This document shows positions 1 to 13,022 of a stretch of 64,000 bases of DNA, in pieces (positions within the stretch are counted from its first letter, which is position 1; each line of letters begins with the position of its first letter). This stretch comes from Camelus dromedarius (Eukaryota). Below the pieces are notes generated by a model. The model was not told the DNA's origin, ran no database searches, and worked only from the letters and a program-made list of their open reading frames with translations. The position numbers and the translations under genes were made by a program. The DNA lies in NCBI RefSeq assembly GCF_036321535.1, contig NC_087436.1, forward strand, positions 18,166,001 to 18,230,000, given 5' to 3'.

Positions 1-89
1 ATTGCTCTGGCTAGGATTTCCAGTACTTTTATCAGTTAAGAGGGGTGAGCGTCCAGCATCCTTATCTTGTACCTGATACTAGAGCAAAA

Positions 90-346
90 NNNNNNNNNNN
101 NNNNNNNNNNNNNNNNNNNNNNNNNNNNNNNNNNNNNNNNNNNNNNNNNNNNNNNNNNNNNNNNNNNNNNNNNNNNNNNNNNNNNNNNNNNNNNNNNNNN
201 NNNNNNNNNNNNNNNNNNNNNNNNNNNNNNNNNNNNNNNNNNNNNNNNNNNNNNNNNNNNNNNNNNNNNNNNNNNNNNNNNNNNNNNNNNNNNNNNNNNN
301 NNNNNNNNNNNNNNNNNNNNNNNNNNNNNNNNNNNNNNNNNNNNNN
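90..346. other. Assembly gap (N run)
   Basis: 257 consecutive N. Confidence 0.99.
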
Positions 347-687
347 CCTTATAATGTACTATTGAATTTTGCCTGCTAATCTTTTGTTGAGAACTTTTGC
401 ATCTATATTCATCAGGGATATTGGTCTATAGTTTTCTTATAGTGTCTTTGGCTTGGTGTCAGGGTAACGCTGGCCTGGTAAAATGAGTTTGGAAGTGTCC
501 CCTCTTCTTCAGTTTCTGGGAAGAGTTTGAGAAGTATTGATATTAATTCTTTAAATGTTTGGTAGAATTTGCCAATGAAGCCACCTGGTCCAAAGTTTTC
601 TATATTTGGAGATTTTTGATTACTGATTCAGTCTCCATACTCGTTACTGATTAGTTCAGATTTTGTTTCTTCTTGATTCAGTATAAG

Positions 688-854
688 NNNNNNNNNNNNN
701 NNNNNNNNNNNNNNNNNNNNNNNNNNNNNNNNNNNNNNNNNNNNNNNNNNNNNNNNNNNNNNNNNNNNNNNNNNNNNNNNNNNNNNNNNNNNNNNNNNNN
801 NNNNNNNNNNNNNNNNNNNNNNNNNNNNNNNNNNNNNNNNNNNNNNNNNNNNNN
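688..854. other. Assembly gap (N run)
   Basis: 167 consecutive N. Confidence 0.99.
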
Positions 855-2973
855 AATCTTTTTGAAAAACCAGCTCTTACCTTCATTTTTTTTTCTATTG
901 TTTTTCTGGTCTCTATTTCATTTATTTCTACTCTGATCTTTGTTATTTCCTTCCTTCTGCTAACTTGGGGCTTAGTCTGTCCATTTTTTCCCCTTGCTCC
1001 CTTGAGGTGTAAAGTTAGGTTATTTGAAATGTTCTTAATATATGCATTTATCATCATAAACTCCTCTCAGAACTGCCCCTGCAGCATTCCAAAGGTTTTG
1101 GTATGTTGTGTTTCCATTTTCACTAGTTTTGAGATTTTTTTTTAATTTCCCTTTTGATTTCTTCTTTGACCCACTGGTTGTACAGGAGTGTGTTGTTTGA
1201 TTGCTACATACTTGTAGATTTTCCAAGCTTTCCTCTTGTTGATTTCTAGTTTCATAACATTGTGGTCAGAAAACTTCTTGGTATGATCTCTATCTCCTGA
1301 AGTCTGCCGAGACTTATTTTGTGTTCTGTCATATGGTCAGTCCTGGAGAATGTTCCACGTGTACATTAAAAGAATGTATATTCTGCTTCTGTTGCATAGT
1401 ATGTTCTATTAAGCTCTCTTTGTACTAATGCCTGGTTCAAATCTGGTGTTTACTTCTTGACTTTCTGTCTGCATCTATTCATTGCTGAAAGTGGGGTTTT
1501 GAAGTCCCCTACAATTATTGTGTTGCTGTCTACTCTGTCAGATATGTTAGTATTTGCTTAATATATTTAGGTGCTCCAATGTTGCATGTGATATAAGCAT
1601 AATTATGTTTTCTTGATGAATTTACCTCTAAATCGTTACATACTGACCTTCTTTGACTCTTGTTACCATGTTTAGCTTAAAGTCTGTTTTGTCTGATAAA
1701 GGTATAGTCACTTCCACTTTCCTTTGGATTCTACTTGCATGGTACATCTTTTTCTATCCCTTCACTCTGAGCCTGTGTGTGTCCTTAAAGTTGAAGTAAG
1801 TCTCTTGTAGGCAGCATATAGTTGGGGTTTTTTTTTTTTTTTTACCCATCCATCCACTATCTTTTGATGATGAATTTAAATGATTTACATTTAGAGTTAT
1901 TGCTTGTATAAAGAACTTGGTAATGCCATCCTAGTCATTGTTCTCTGGTTGCATTGTGTTTCTGCACACCTTTGTGATGGGTGATTTTCCATCGCGGTAT
2001 GCTCCATTACCCATGTATCTACCTGTTATGCGTCTACTCTAGGTGTTTTGGTTTGTGGTTACTGTAAGGCTTACGTAAGACATTGCATAGATAGAACAGT
2101 GCATTTTAAGTTCAGGGCAACCTAACTTCAGTTGTCTACACAAGCTCTACCCTTTTACTCCCCCTTTTATATTTTTAATGTCATTATCTACCTCTTTTTA
2201 TATTGTGTATTTAGCAAATTATAGTTACCGTAATTATAATTTTAATACTCTTCCTTTGACCTTTAAATTATGGTTAAGTGGTTAACACACTATCCTATTA
2301 CAGAATTGGAAAATGCTAAGTCTTCCTCTATATTTGCCTTTACCGGTGTGTGTATATTCTTGTATGTTTTCATGTCACTGATTAGCATCCATTGATTTCA
2401 GCCTGGAGTATTCCTTTCAGAATTTCTTGCAAGACAGGTCTACTGGAGATGAACTCCTTCAGCTTTTGTCTGTCTTGGAAAGTCTTTTTGTCCTATGTAT
2501 TTGAAAGATAACTTGGCCAGATAGTTCTTGGTTGGCAATTTTTCTTTCAACACTTTGAATAAGACATTCCACTCTTTCCTGGTATGTAGAATTTCTGCAG
2601 AGAAATTTTCTGATAGCCTAATAGGAGTTCTTTTGTAGGTTATAATATTTTTTCCCCTGGCTGTTTTTAGAATTCTTTACCTTTGATTATTTGATAGTTT
2701 TATTATAATGTGTCTTAGAGTAAGTCTTTTTGCATTGAGATATTAAGAGTCATTTTGGAACTTTGTGAACTTGGATGTCCATTTCTTTCTTCAGGTTTGG
2801 GAAGTTCCCACCTATTATTTCTTTAAATAAATTTTCTGCCCCCTTCCCTCTCTTTACTTCTTCTGGAACCCTAATTTTTCTAATACTTTTGGTTTTTTTG
2901 ATGGAATCCCTTAAATCACATAAGCTTTCTTCACTCTTCTTTGCTTTCGAGTATCTCAGAATCTTCCGACTCA

Positions 2974-3452
2974 TGTTACTGAAGGCAACTATGAGGACAG
3001 ACAAACTGAAACATCAAAGTTTGGAGCAGAGAAGGGTTTACTGCAGGGCCGAGCAAGGAAGATGGGGTGGCTCATGCCCAAGAAAACGCTGAACTCCCCA
3101 AAGGATTTCACCAAGCATATTTAAAGGCCAGGTGGTGGCGGTGGGGCAAGGGGGAGGTATGTTGCAGAATATGTTATCAGCTCGTGCACAATCCTCTGAT
3201 TGGCTGAAGTGGAGGGAACAGGGCACTCAACAGTGTCAACCCCTTGGGTGCTGGAAAGTCTGGGGGCTATGCATTCTCGATCATCAAGTAGCTAACTTCT
3301 TCCCTTTAGCGGTGGTTTTAAGCATCTGAAAAATTTGGGAAATATGTATGAGACACTATTATCTGGGTACTTCAGAGAGGAGCTGCAGCAGAGGGTATGG
3401 GGGAGTGAGTGGTCTGACCCTGGAGGGCCCCACAGGGTCCTACTCGGTTACA
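2974..3452 (-). mobile_element. Solo ERV1-like LTR inserted in L1 ORF1
   Basis: Bounded by TGTTAC...GTTACA (TG..CA on both strands). L1 ORF1-like sequence resumes on both sides. No clean TSD; family not assigned. Confidence 0.7.
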
Positions 3453-3685
3453 GTGATTCTTCCATTTGTTCTGCTCCACTGCAGATGCTGTCTATAGCAT
3501 TTCTTCATTTCAGTCCTTGAGCTCCTAAGCTTTCTGCTTGGTTCTTTTTTTATGATTTCTGGTTCTTTGGTAAGTAACTCATTTTAAACCTGTATTTTTT
3601 CAGGACTTTGTTGAATTGTCTGAGTTTTCTTGTAGCTCTTTTGAGTTTCTTCAAAACAGCTTTCTTGAATTTAGCTAGATTGCAA

Positions 3686-3730
3686 AATTCCATGCCTTTG
3701 AATTCCATGCCTTTGAATTCCATGCCTTTG
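3686..3730. repeat. Perfect tandem repeat (AATTCCATGCCTTTG)x3
   Basis: Three identical 15-bp units at 3686, 3701 and 3716; seen as KGMEF x3 in ORF 3550..3807. Confidence 0.97.
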
Positions 3731-4358
3731 AGCTCAATTATTGGAGAATTATTATCTTTTGGTGATGGTATATTTTCTTGACTTTTCATTTCTTTGTAGT
3801 ACTGCATTGCCTTTTTGTTTTTTGTGTTTTTTTTTTTTGCACTGGAAGGGGCAGATACCTCCTTCAGTTTGTGCTAGTTGAGTTCAGATGGGGTATTCTG
3901 TTCAGTGGTGTTCCTGGAGTCTGGGGGTTCTCTTTTTGCTTTCTCTGTGGCAGAATCTTCAGCTTTTATGTCGTCTCTGATTCTTACAGCTCACCAGGCT
4001 GGCTTCTGGACACCTCTCTTGTCTTCCAGGAGGCAGTGCTATAGCTCAAGTTTGTGGCTTCTTGCTGGCCACAGAGTAGGGGAAGGTGTAAGCTTAGCAC
4101 TCAGGGCTTTAGTGGGTAACTGGGGACCCTCTAGGGAGATCCTCAGAGGCTCATGGGTAGGTATTAATGGGTGTGTGTCACTTTAATACCCTTTGATCTT
4201 ATTTGCTTCTTTCCCAATCTCCTCCCTCCCCAAGTCTTAGAGGTCCCACCTTAGTACTCTGCTGCTTGAGAGAAACAGGTTCTCCAGCTGTGTCTGTCCT
4301 ACACCACTGGGGTAGCTGATCACCACTCTTTCCCCCCCAGGACAAAGGTTGCTAATAC

Positions 4359-4791
4359 TGTTACCGAGTCCAAACTCATTCTGCTCGCCACACAACAGGC
4401 CAATAAATCAGGAGACGAGGTGTCGGGGCAAGGAATAGCGACTTTATTTGGAAAGCCGGCAGACCGAGAGGGTGGAAGACTAACGTCTTGGAGAACCATC
4501 CTGCTCTAGTCAGAATGCAGGCTCCTTTTATTCAAACAAACAGGGGAAGGGGGTGTGGTTGGTGGCAAACTTCTTGGTGTAGGAATTTTTTTGTTCCTGC
4601 AGCCGTCCACGTGGGCCAGGTCATGATGCTCCTGCAAAACCTCCAACAAGACAGAAGTTATTCTCTATTCTGCAACCTGTTATCTTTACGTGAGTGTAGA
4701 GCTAGCCAGACCAAGCCTAGGAAACAGGGCGCAGGGTTAAAGCCAAAGGAACAGATCTAATATGGAGTCAGATCTGTTCTTTTCTATTACA
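4359..4791 (-). mobile_element. Solo ERV1-like LTR with 4-bp TSD
   Basis: Termini TGTTAC...ATTACA, flanked by ATAC at 4355-4358 and 4792-4795 (4-bp TSDs are typical of ERV1). Minus-strand AATAAA at 4443-4448. Confidence 0.85.
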
Positions 4792-7700
4792 ATACCTGAT
4801 AATTTGGACTCCTGCAGCGTTGCCTCACAAGGGCTGGGGCAGTGCTGGTAAAGTTTTTTCCATTTCCATTTGTTTTTATTGCTCCAATGGTATGCTGGCT
4901 TTCTGCAGTTTCTCTCGTCAGTGGGTATCTGCCCAGGTCAGCAGCCTCCAGGTATTTTCCCGACCATGGCAGGATGGGCTGGGGCAAGTTCACTGCTCTG
5001 CCAGTTCCACAGCCCATGGCAGGGTCCCCCTGCCTAGCACCAGAGGCACAAGCGGGCAAGACTCCTCCCGGGGCCCTTTGTAGGTGGTGATGGATCCCAG
5101 AGCCCCACAACCGTGCTTTTGTTCACTGATGAGTGACTAATTCTTTGTTAAAAGGGGGGGTCAAAAAGGAGGACCCGTCTTATGCTGCCACGATGCTAAC
5201 ATTACTGCATGATGGTCTCTTTCTTTCTCTCAGTTGTGTGTAGGCCTTCCGAACTCTCCTAAACTCAGCCTTTAGGAGAGCTCAGCGGAGAAGCCACACT
5301 GCAGGGTTTGGGTTTTTAGAGGGAATCCCTAAGTAGTGGTCTAACCTTGTCTTCTGGCTATTGAAACAAATGCTGCTAAATTGCCCGGGGAGGGAGGGGG
5401 TCCTTTGTTACCTCTGACCACGTTACCATCACATTTTGCTGAGACACCAGCAGCCATGCAGGGGCCGCCGCCTGTGCACACGCCAGCCTGCCCCGCCCTC
5501 GCGTGCGCTGGGGAGAGGCTGGGGCTTCTGGCTGAAGGCCAGGGTCCTTACGTAATCACTGCGTGTCATCTTCCAGTGTTCACGAGGCTGTCGCGGGAAC
5601 ACCTGGGGTAAATGCTTGTTGGCACGGTATTTAGAGTTGAAGCTAAGTATTGTTTGTCCCTAACCCTATGAATATAGCTGGCTAAAATTCTGATCTTTGA
5701 AAATAAAGCTTCAAACCTTCCCCCAGTGCTGATTTCAGGCAAAAGTTTGATCCTAACTTGGAGAAAGTTGTGGAGTTGGCAGCAAACTTACTTAAGAGAC
5801 ACAAGTAGGCTGTCAAAACCACACCGACCCTGCTTCAGAGAGGCTATTGTCATTCAGGCGTTCCGTCACTGCTCACGGATGGTGTGACCTTAGAACAGCA
5901 GTGCCAAACCCTCCCTGCATGGCACCCAAAGAGACCGTAGCTTGTGGTGGGGGCAGGGCACAGCTCCTGGCCAGCCCTTGGAGATGGCTCTGTGGAGAGA
6001 GGGGGGGAAGAGGTACTGACAGTGCCCAAGAGCTGCAGTGTCCCCAGTTGCACTGTGACCCTGACGTCAGGCTGGAGAAGTTATGCTGAGCGTCCAGCAG
6101 AAGTTCTGTGGTCCCAGCAGATGCATCCTGTACAGAGTGAAAAGGCAGCGAGTGCACGCACAGGGCTTTCTCCGATTACTAATCACGTGGGCTCTTAGTA
6201 TTTAGGGTTCCTGCCTTGCCGTCTAGCCTGGTATCTACCAGGAAAGCCAGGCTGGGAGTCGGTATAGCGACTCCCCCCGCCCCCCCACCCCCAGCCTGGC
6301 CATGTGTCTCCTTGAAGGCATTCGTGCTGAGGGGCCGGCAGGGCAGAGCTGCTCTCTCTGTCGTCATGACCATCCCTCTAACTACAGAGAGCAGTGACCG
6401 GGCATACAAAGTCACATTAAACCTTGGTATAAACAAAGCAAAGGACATCAGAATGACAGGGAGAGATGAAAGGTGTGTACTGATGAAAAAGGTGAGCTTC
6501 ATGTATCAAGGTCTGCATTATTTACTTAGTGCCACTACAAATGAATAGGCCCATTTGACTTACTCAGTTTTTGTTTTGGTTCATTGATTAAAAACTAGCA
6601 ACCAGCTGCCATTAAAAAGTACTGCCATAAGTTGTTCCTGAGCACTTAGGAGGGAGTCAGAGGAACACAGGCAGCGGGCCAGGCAGCCAGAGCGCTGAGT
6701 CCCTCAAACCTGCAGCAGGGCTGCATGCGTGGCTCCTGCCTTCAAGGAGCTTGTAGGCCACTACGGGAGCTGTTAGGTGGGAAACACGTAAGAGATGGGA
6801 ACCACTGGATAAAAGAGAAGGTGGGGGCAGCATCCTAGGAGAGGAAGGACTCCTTCCGGCTGAGGCTCCAGGTATGTGGAGTTGGAGGGCTGTGGAGAGT
6901 GACTGCAGGAAGGGGGGGATCCCTGACAGAGGGTAAGAGACTCAGAAACAAGCAGAAACCAATACTCACATCATTTGAAAAGCAGGTGACGGCACGTGCA
7001 TCACACCGGGCTGTCCTTGTGTCTTCTGGCTCCTCTGGGCTCAGGCAGAGGCCCCACCTGCCTTGCAACAGGAGACCCCCATGCATGTGTGTGGCCGTTA
7101 GACACTTCACAGCGACACACCCATTTGGCTCAGCATCCCTGCTGACCCAGTTCCACATATGACTCCCCGGGGGCCTAGTCTCTACTGCTTCGTGCTCTGA
7201 CCACCTGCAGCCCCGCCCTCTTTGCACCCTGCTTTTTCCAGTAGGGATGGTGCCCTTTCCCGCAGCAACAACCCACCTCAGACATCTCTCAGGGATCCAT
7301 GGGTCCTGGTGCACTGGCTGTGGGGGGTGGCCCTTGTCCTCGTTGCCCAGAGACTGGGGCCACCCGGCTTTGATTCTCAGATGATCCCTGACCTCACCAA
7401 CTGCAGCCACTGGCTCAGGCCTTGCTGGGTTGGGGTCTTTAGAGGTTTTTAGCCTTCTAAGGGCAGGTGGGCCAGGCTGTTGGGGCCCCCTGGGCATCTT
7501 GGCCACCCCAAGAGTTAGGCATGAGTCCTTTCCTGGGGTGGTTGTGGTGACAGGGTTCCCCCCTCCAGGTGTTCACAGGGTCAAAGGCCCAGCCCTGGCT
7601 GCCAGCCTGACCCCACGTGCCCCAGGAGAGCCCCCATCCCTCTGCAGCTGGTCAAGGCATCTGCTCTGAACAGAAGCCCTGGGTGTAGGAAACGCCAGCC

Positions 7701-9510
7701 CCAGGTTAATGTGCAGGGTCCGTGAGGAGTGCCCAGCCCCAGCCTCTCTCTGGTCTGTTTCCCCAGCACCTGCTAGGTGATGCTCACGTGGGTGTTAAAT
7801 ACAGGGGCAGGGGACCTGTCCCCCACCAGGGTGCTCCCTGCAAGCTGCCTCAGGTTCAAGAGCTGATTCACTCCGCTCCGTATCTCCTATCACACGTCAG
7901 AATCAGCAGTGCTGTCACCTGTTTACACACAAGCCCTTACGCAGCCCTGGCCGTCCAGGTAACGTGTGTCGGTTATCAGGGAAATCAGGTTGTCAGCCAA
8001 CAGGCAGTGCCTCACGAGCCCCCGCTGCTCTGAGCACACTGAGTGACCCACCTCCACCCTTTCAGGCCATGTGCCAAGGCCACCTTTCCACTCCGACCAC
8101 CTTCCTCCTCCCCTTCCCAGTGCCTGACCCAGAGCAGGTGCTTGGTCACTGGGATGGATGGACGAGGAGGGTGAGTCGTGGGTAGGACCTCGGCCTCCAC
8201 CCCAAACGCTCTGAGCACCGGGAGCTCTGGTCTCTGGACGAGGGCCAGCCCCAGCCCCAGAGCTGGGAAGGGTGGGGCTGCCGGGCTGTCCTACTCAGGG
8301 ACTGATCTGGCCTAGAAACTCGGATGTCTAACCTCAGGTTAAAATTTCAAAGTGAAAAACAGACCCACAGGTGCCCACACGGAGAGACCTCAGGGGCTGC
8401 AGCAGGAGCAGAGACCAGGGTGAACTTACACTGTGTCCTTCACACCCTCGGCCCTGGCCCTCTGCCCCGTGAGGCTCGTTTGTGGCAGCCCGGCTAGAGC
8501 CCAGGATCTGGCTTGGCTTTTAGCTCCCACAGCCACTGGCCCATCACTGGGGAAGTGAAGAAACTTACCCTCCCAGTTCTGTTTCCACAGTCTCCTTCCT
8601 GGAAAGGCCAAACACAAAGTGCTCCCATCTCGCCTTTTCTAGAAGGGAGGCCTGAGGACCAAGTTACACAATGACCCAGAGCAGGTTTTGCTCCTGCAGT
8701 GCCTCTCAACACCGTGACTAAGAGCTGACATACGCTCAGCACATCCTCCACGCCAGCCCCCTGACTCCGCCTCCAGCAACCCTGTGCAGCAGGCACTAGT
8801 ATTACCCCCCCCCCTTGCACAGGTGTGGAAACTGAGGTACGTCATTTGCTAAGCAAGCACGTGTGTGTGTGAACAAGCCCAGAGCAGACCCAGTGGCTCG
8901 TGCTAGTTCCCAGCTTCCCATGGGCACAGAGCAGCCAGTCCTTGGAACCGACGGAGGGAGAGAGCAGTCTGCAGACCGAGGGCGTGTTCAGGCACAGACA
9001 GAAGCATGAGATGTTTCTCCCACTGACTGTTTCTTGATTCCTGGTTTGTAGTGAAGGCCTTTAGCAGTTATTTATTAACCAACTCAAATTAAGCCTGCTA
9101 ATTGAGTTTAAAAAATTCCTGAGGGAAAGTTACAGATGTCTATTCACCAGAATCTCTTTAAGACTACAGAGTTACTTTATGACATGTAGTATTAATATTG
9201 TCTGCTTTAACACAGTGGGAAATGACCCAAAGTCATTTTTTTTCCCATAATAGGATATGGAATTAACTGAAGAAAAATGAGAATATATACTTTCCAACTT
9301 GAAATTGTATTCCTAGTAATTAGAAGAGAAATGAGTAATGCTATACTGCATTTGTGGGTGGTGGTTTTTTGTTTTTTTAACTTACCAAATTGGGAGTGGC
9401 TCAGGTCCAGGAGGATGGACAGGTCCTTGGGTCACAGAGTTGGAGAAATGGCTGGATCGGTGAGAAGACATAAAAGTGCTCCTTGATGTTTTCATGCTTT
9501 CAAAGTGGCT

Positions 9511-10020
9511 GAAAATGGATAAAGAAAATTTGGTGTATATACACACACACACACACAATGGAGTATTGTTCAGCGGTGAGAATGAAGGAAACCCCACCAT
9601 TTGCAACAACATGGACGGACCTTAAGGGCATGACGCTAAGTGACATAAGTCAGGACTAATACTGCATGATCTCACTTACCCGTGGGATCTGGAAAAGCAA
9701 ACTAATAGAAACAGGGAGTAGAAGGGTGGTTACCAGAAGGTGGGGGAACGAGATGTTGGTCAGAGTACAAACTTCTGCTTATAAGAGGAGAAGTTCTGGG
9801 GATCTGGTGTACACCACGGCGACTAGAGTAACAATGCTGTATTACATACTCAAAAGCTGCCAAGTGAGATCTTAAAAGTTCTCATCACAAAAAAGAAATG
9901 TAAGTATGTAACGTGATAGAAGTGTTAATCATTTTGCAAACTGTAAGCGCATCAAATCAACCCTTTGTACACCTTAAAATACACAAAGTTATACGTCAGT
10001 TATATCTTAATAAGCCAGGG
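9511..10020 (+). mobile_element. 5'-truncated L1 3' end (L1MA/L1MB-like)
   Basis: Typical L1 motifs ATGGATAAAGAAAA..., CCATTTGCAACAACATGGACGGACCTTAAGGGCATGACGCTAAGTGA and CTTAAAAGTTCTCATCACAAAAAA. Includes a (CA)8 tract at 9541-9556. Confidence 0.85.
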
Positions 10021-10488
10021 GTGGTAGGGAGAAGTTTCAGCCCTGCCCCCAGCTCAGGACTGGGAGCCTGAAGGGAGACAGTGGCGAGATGAGGGGCCAG
10101 GGGCTGCCCCCCTGCCAGCCACAGCTCCCTCAGCAGGGCCCAGCGCCTGGATCCAACAACATACACACCTGCCTGCCCCACACAGTTCACCCATTTCGAA
10201 ATGAGAATTGGATGAAAGCAGTTTGGTGACCCCACCACTCTGCACCGTTACTGGCCCTTTTGCCACCAAGACAGTTAATGTTCAACCATGACATAGCTCT
10301 GGTTTGAATCTGTTTTATGTAACAGGCATATTACATGCATCAGATGTGAACACCCGTCTTCCTCCACCGGGACAGGCGACTTGGCCACCTTACCTCGCTT
10401 GGCAGCCTTGTAGACATGATCGGATTTCCGAGTGTTGCTCTGAGCTTGCACCAGAGTTGGGACACGGAGGGGCCTGGGGACAGGGTAG

Positions 10489-10686
<198 letters not shown>

Positions 10687-10950
10687 CGGGAGACGTCCCA
10701 CCAAAAGAACTTTGCCTTAAGTTTCCCCATGTTATTCCACACCTACGAAGGACCCAAGAAAATCACATTTTTAACACAGGATGGTTGATTCCCACTTGTT
10801 CAGCAGTTTCTCAAGTTGAAAAATCACGTCCAGGGTCCGGAGGCGGGCGAGCAGGGTGACGTGGATTTGGCGACACCTGTGCAGTCTGAGGAGTTCTTCC
10901 CTCTCCAACCTCCCAGCGCTTAGAAACACGTTCCTGTTCCTCTGGATGAA

Positions 10951-10958
10951 AAGCCATA
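10951..10958 (+). promoter_or_regulatory. miR-135 8mer site 1
   Basis: AAGCCATA. 10946-10958 (ATGAAAAGCCATA) is fully complementary to miR-135b nt 1-13. miR-135a regulation of NR3C2 is reported in other mammals. Confidence 0.8.
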
Positions 10959-11071
10959 TCTAGTCAATAACTCTCTGATTTTGATATTTTAACAGATGGA
11001 AGTTTTAACTCTGCCATGTAGTTTCTGGTATCGTTCGCTTGTTTTAAGAGTTCAATGACTAACGAACTTTT

Positions 11072-11210
11072 NNNNNNNNNNNNNNNNNNNNNNNNNNNNN
11101 NNNNNNNNNNNNNNNNNNNNNNNNNNNNNNNNNNNNNNNNNNNNNNNNNNNNNNNNNNNNNNNNNNNNNNNNNNNNNNNNNNNNNNNNNNNNNNNNNNNN
11201 NNNNNNNNNN
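11072..11210. other. Assembly gap in the NR3C2 3'UTR
   Basis: 139 N. Confidence 0.99.
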
Positions 11211-11476
11211 ACTAGCGGCCCCATCCAGGGCTCTTCCCCGCCCACGTCTTTCTGCATCACTGGTACCCACACCCTCTAGCGTCCACTTATTATTTAATTA
11301 GAATGGGTAAGATGTTAAAACAAATGCCTTGGTTTCAATTTCTAGTATCTATTGTGTTGGCTTTACAAATAATTTTTGCAGTCTTTTGCTGTGCTGTACA
11401 TTACTGTATGTATAAAATTGTGAAGGACCTAAAATAAGGTATAAGGAACTTTTGTAAATGAGACACATATGAAAAA

Positions 11477-11615
11477 NNNNNNNNNNNNNNNNNNNNNNNN
11501 NNNNNNNNNNNNNNNNNNNNNNNNNNNNNNNNNNNNNNNNNNNNNNNNNNNNNNNNNNNNNNNNNNNNNNNNNNNNNNNNNNNNNNNNNNNNNNNNNNNN
11601 NNNNNNNNNNNNNNN
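11477..11615. other. Assembly gap in the NR3C2 3'UTR
   Basis: 139 N. Confidence 0.99.
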
Positions 11616-12460
11616 TGCACCATGAACCGTTTACAGTGTATTTAAGAAAGGGAAAGCTGTGCCTTTTTTAGCTTCATATCTAATTTACCATTTTACAGTC
11701 TCTGTTGTAAATAACCACACTTAGACCTCTTCGGTTGTCTTTAAGCCTTTCTACTCTTTCTGTACCTTTGTTGTCCTTGGTCTCCCGCGTGGGGTGTTTG
11801 TGGGACTCGAGCACGTTTTCCGGCTTCTGCTCCATCCTCCTTCCATCGGGGACGGCGCATGGTGGCACCTGCAGCTCCCTGAAGGCGTCATTTGCCAGCA
11901 CACCCATGAGAGGATGTCCTGGGAGTGCCAGCTTTGGAAAAGCTGTCTCTTTTCCTTTTTTCCTCCAGAAGCAGAATCCACTCCAGGAGAGTGAGACTGG
12001 AGACGCGATGGCTCAGAGTGCATCTCCTCGTCCCACTTCAGAAAAAATCATGTTTTCTCCTTTGGGGGAAAAAAAAAATTCCACACACTCTCTATGCCTG
12101 CAGAAGGTGAAATGTTCACTTCCGGTCTGGGAAGGGGGCTTTGCACTCGGGGAACTGGTCATGGGAACACGTAGGTCACAGCAGGACACACTGAGAAGAT
12201 GCTTTCTGGCACAGTTCAGTTGAGACAGCGTGGAGACCGCATGATCACTATAGGGTTTTTAGATTTTTAAAAGGTAGGTTTTAAAAATCAATTTTATACA
12301 TAAACAGTTTCGGGGGGGAAAAAAAAACTACAGATCATAGAAGCAAGACAGTGGCACTAAAAATTTTTAATTCACTAATCTGTTTGGCACTGATGCAATT
12401 TATGGCTTTTCTCTTACCCCAAATCACAAACATATATATCTTTGGGGAAACTTAGTATGA

Positions 12461-12468
12461 TTGCACTA
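12461..12468 (+). promoter_or_regulatory. miR-130/301/454 8mer site
   Basis: TTGCACTA; a second 7mer TTGCACT lies at 12141-12147. Confidence 0.6.
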
Positions 12469-13022
12469 AACTACTTTGAATAGAGGCCAAATTAATCTTT
12501 TAAAAATGATGATAATCATCAGGTACTCAGTGAAAACTGTATTATTTTCCAAAACCTAAAAGTTGTAGCAGAAGAAGCCCAGGGCCGGGAGAAGGCAGCG
12601 TTAGGGTCAACACTTTTTCCCAGGGTTCACCATGCGGGCAACATTACCTTGTCTTTTGGAAGACACCTGCCTTACGCACGGGGGAACCTGTGAGAGCTGC
12701 ACTCAGACGGAGGAGTTTTTCTTACCTAATTTGCAATTTCAGGAATTTAATTTATAAGCAGATCTTTAAATACCGTCAACTTACATGCACAGCAATATGA
12801 AAGTCACACTCGGAAGGTGATGAATACACAGCATGCAGACTGGGAGTTTCTAGAAAAGAAATGGCTTAACCAGAGCAGCTTGTAGCTCAGACTGACTTTT
12901 TACGAAATCAGAATTGCAACCTAACCAGATTTGGGATAGAGACGGTCTGCATCAGCTTTTTCTATTAACAAAGTTACTGGCTCTTTGTGTGTCTCCGGGT
13001 AACTTTGCTTGGTCAAACAGCA

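Larger units (their letters stand above)
1..5200 (-). mobile_element. Old, degraded LINE-1 (ORF2 N-terminal part, ORF1, 5'UTR), antisense in the last NR3C2 intron and interrupted by two LTRs
   Basis: Minus-strand fragments resemble L1 proteins: ORF2 KPQVSRRKEITKIRVEINEIETRKTIEK (656-1057) and ORF1 IRVPEEVKRGKGAENLFKEIIGGNFPNLKKEMDIQV (2750-3004). The + strand is T-rich and the frames carry many stops and frameshifts. The 5' boundary is approximate. Confidence 0.85.
10713..12674 (+). promoter_or_regulatory. miR-124 seed matches in the NR3C2 3'UTR
   Basis: TGCCTTA at 10713-10719 and 12668-12674 (7mer-A1); GTGCCTT at 11659-11665 (7mer-m8). miR-124 regulation of NR3C2 is reported in other mammals. 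Confidence 0.7.

Noticed and set aside
12391-12399. Perfect C/EBP-ATF4 element TGATGCAAT in the NR3C2 3'UTR
   Set aside because: A 9-mer has roughly even odds of appearing by chance in this window, and there is no other support.
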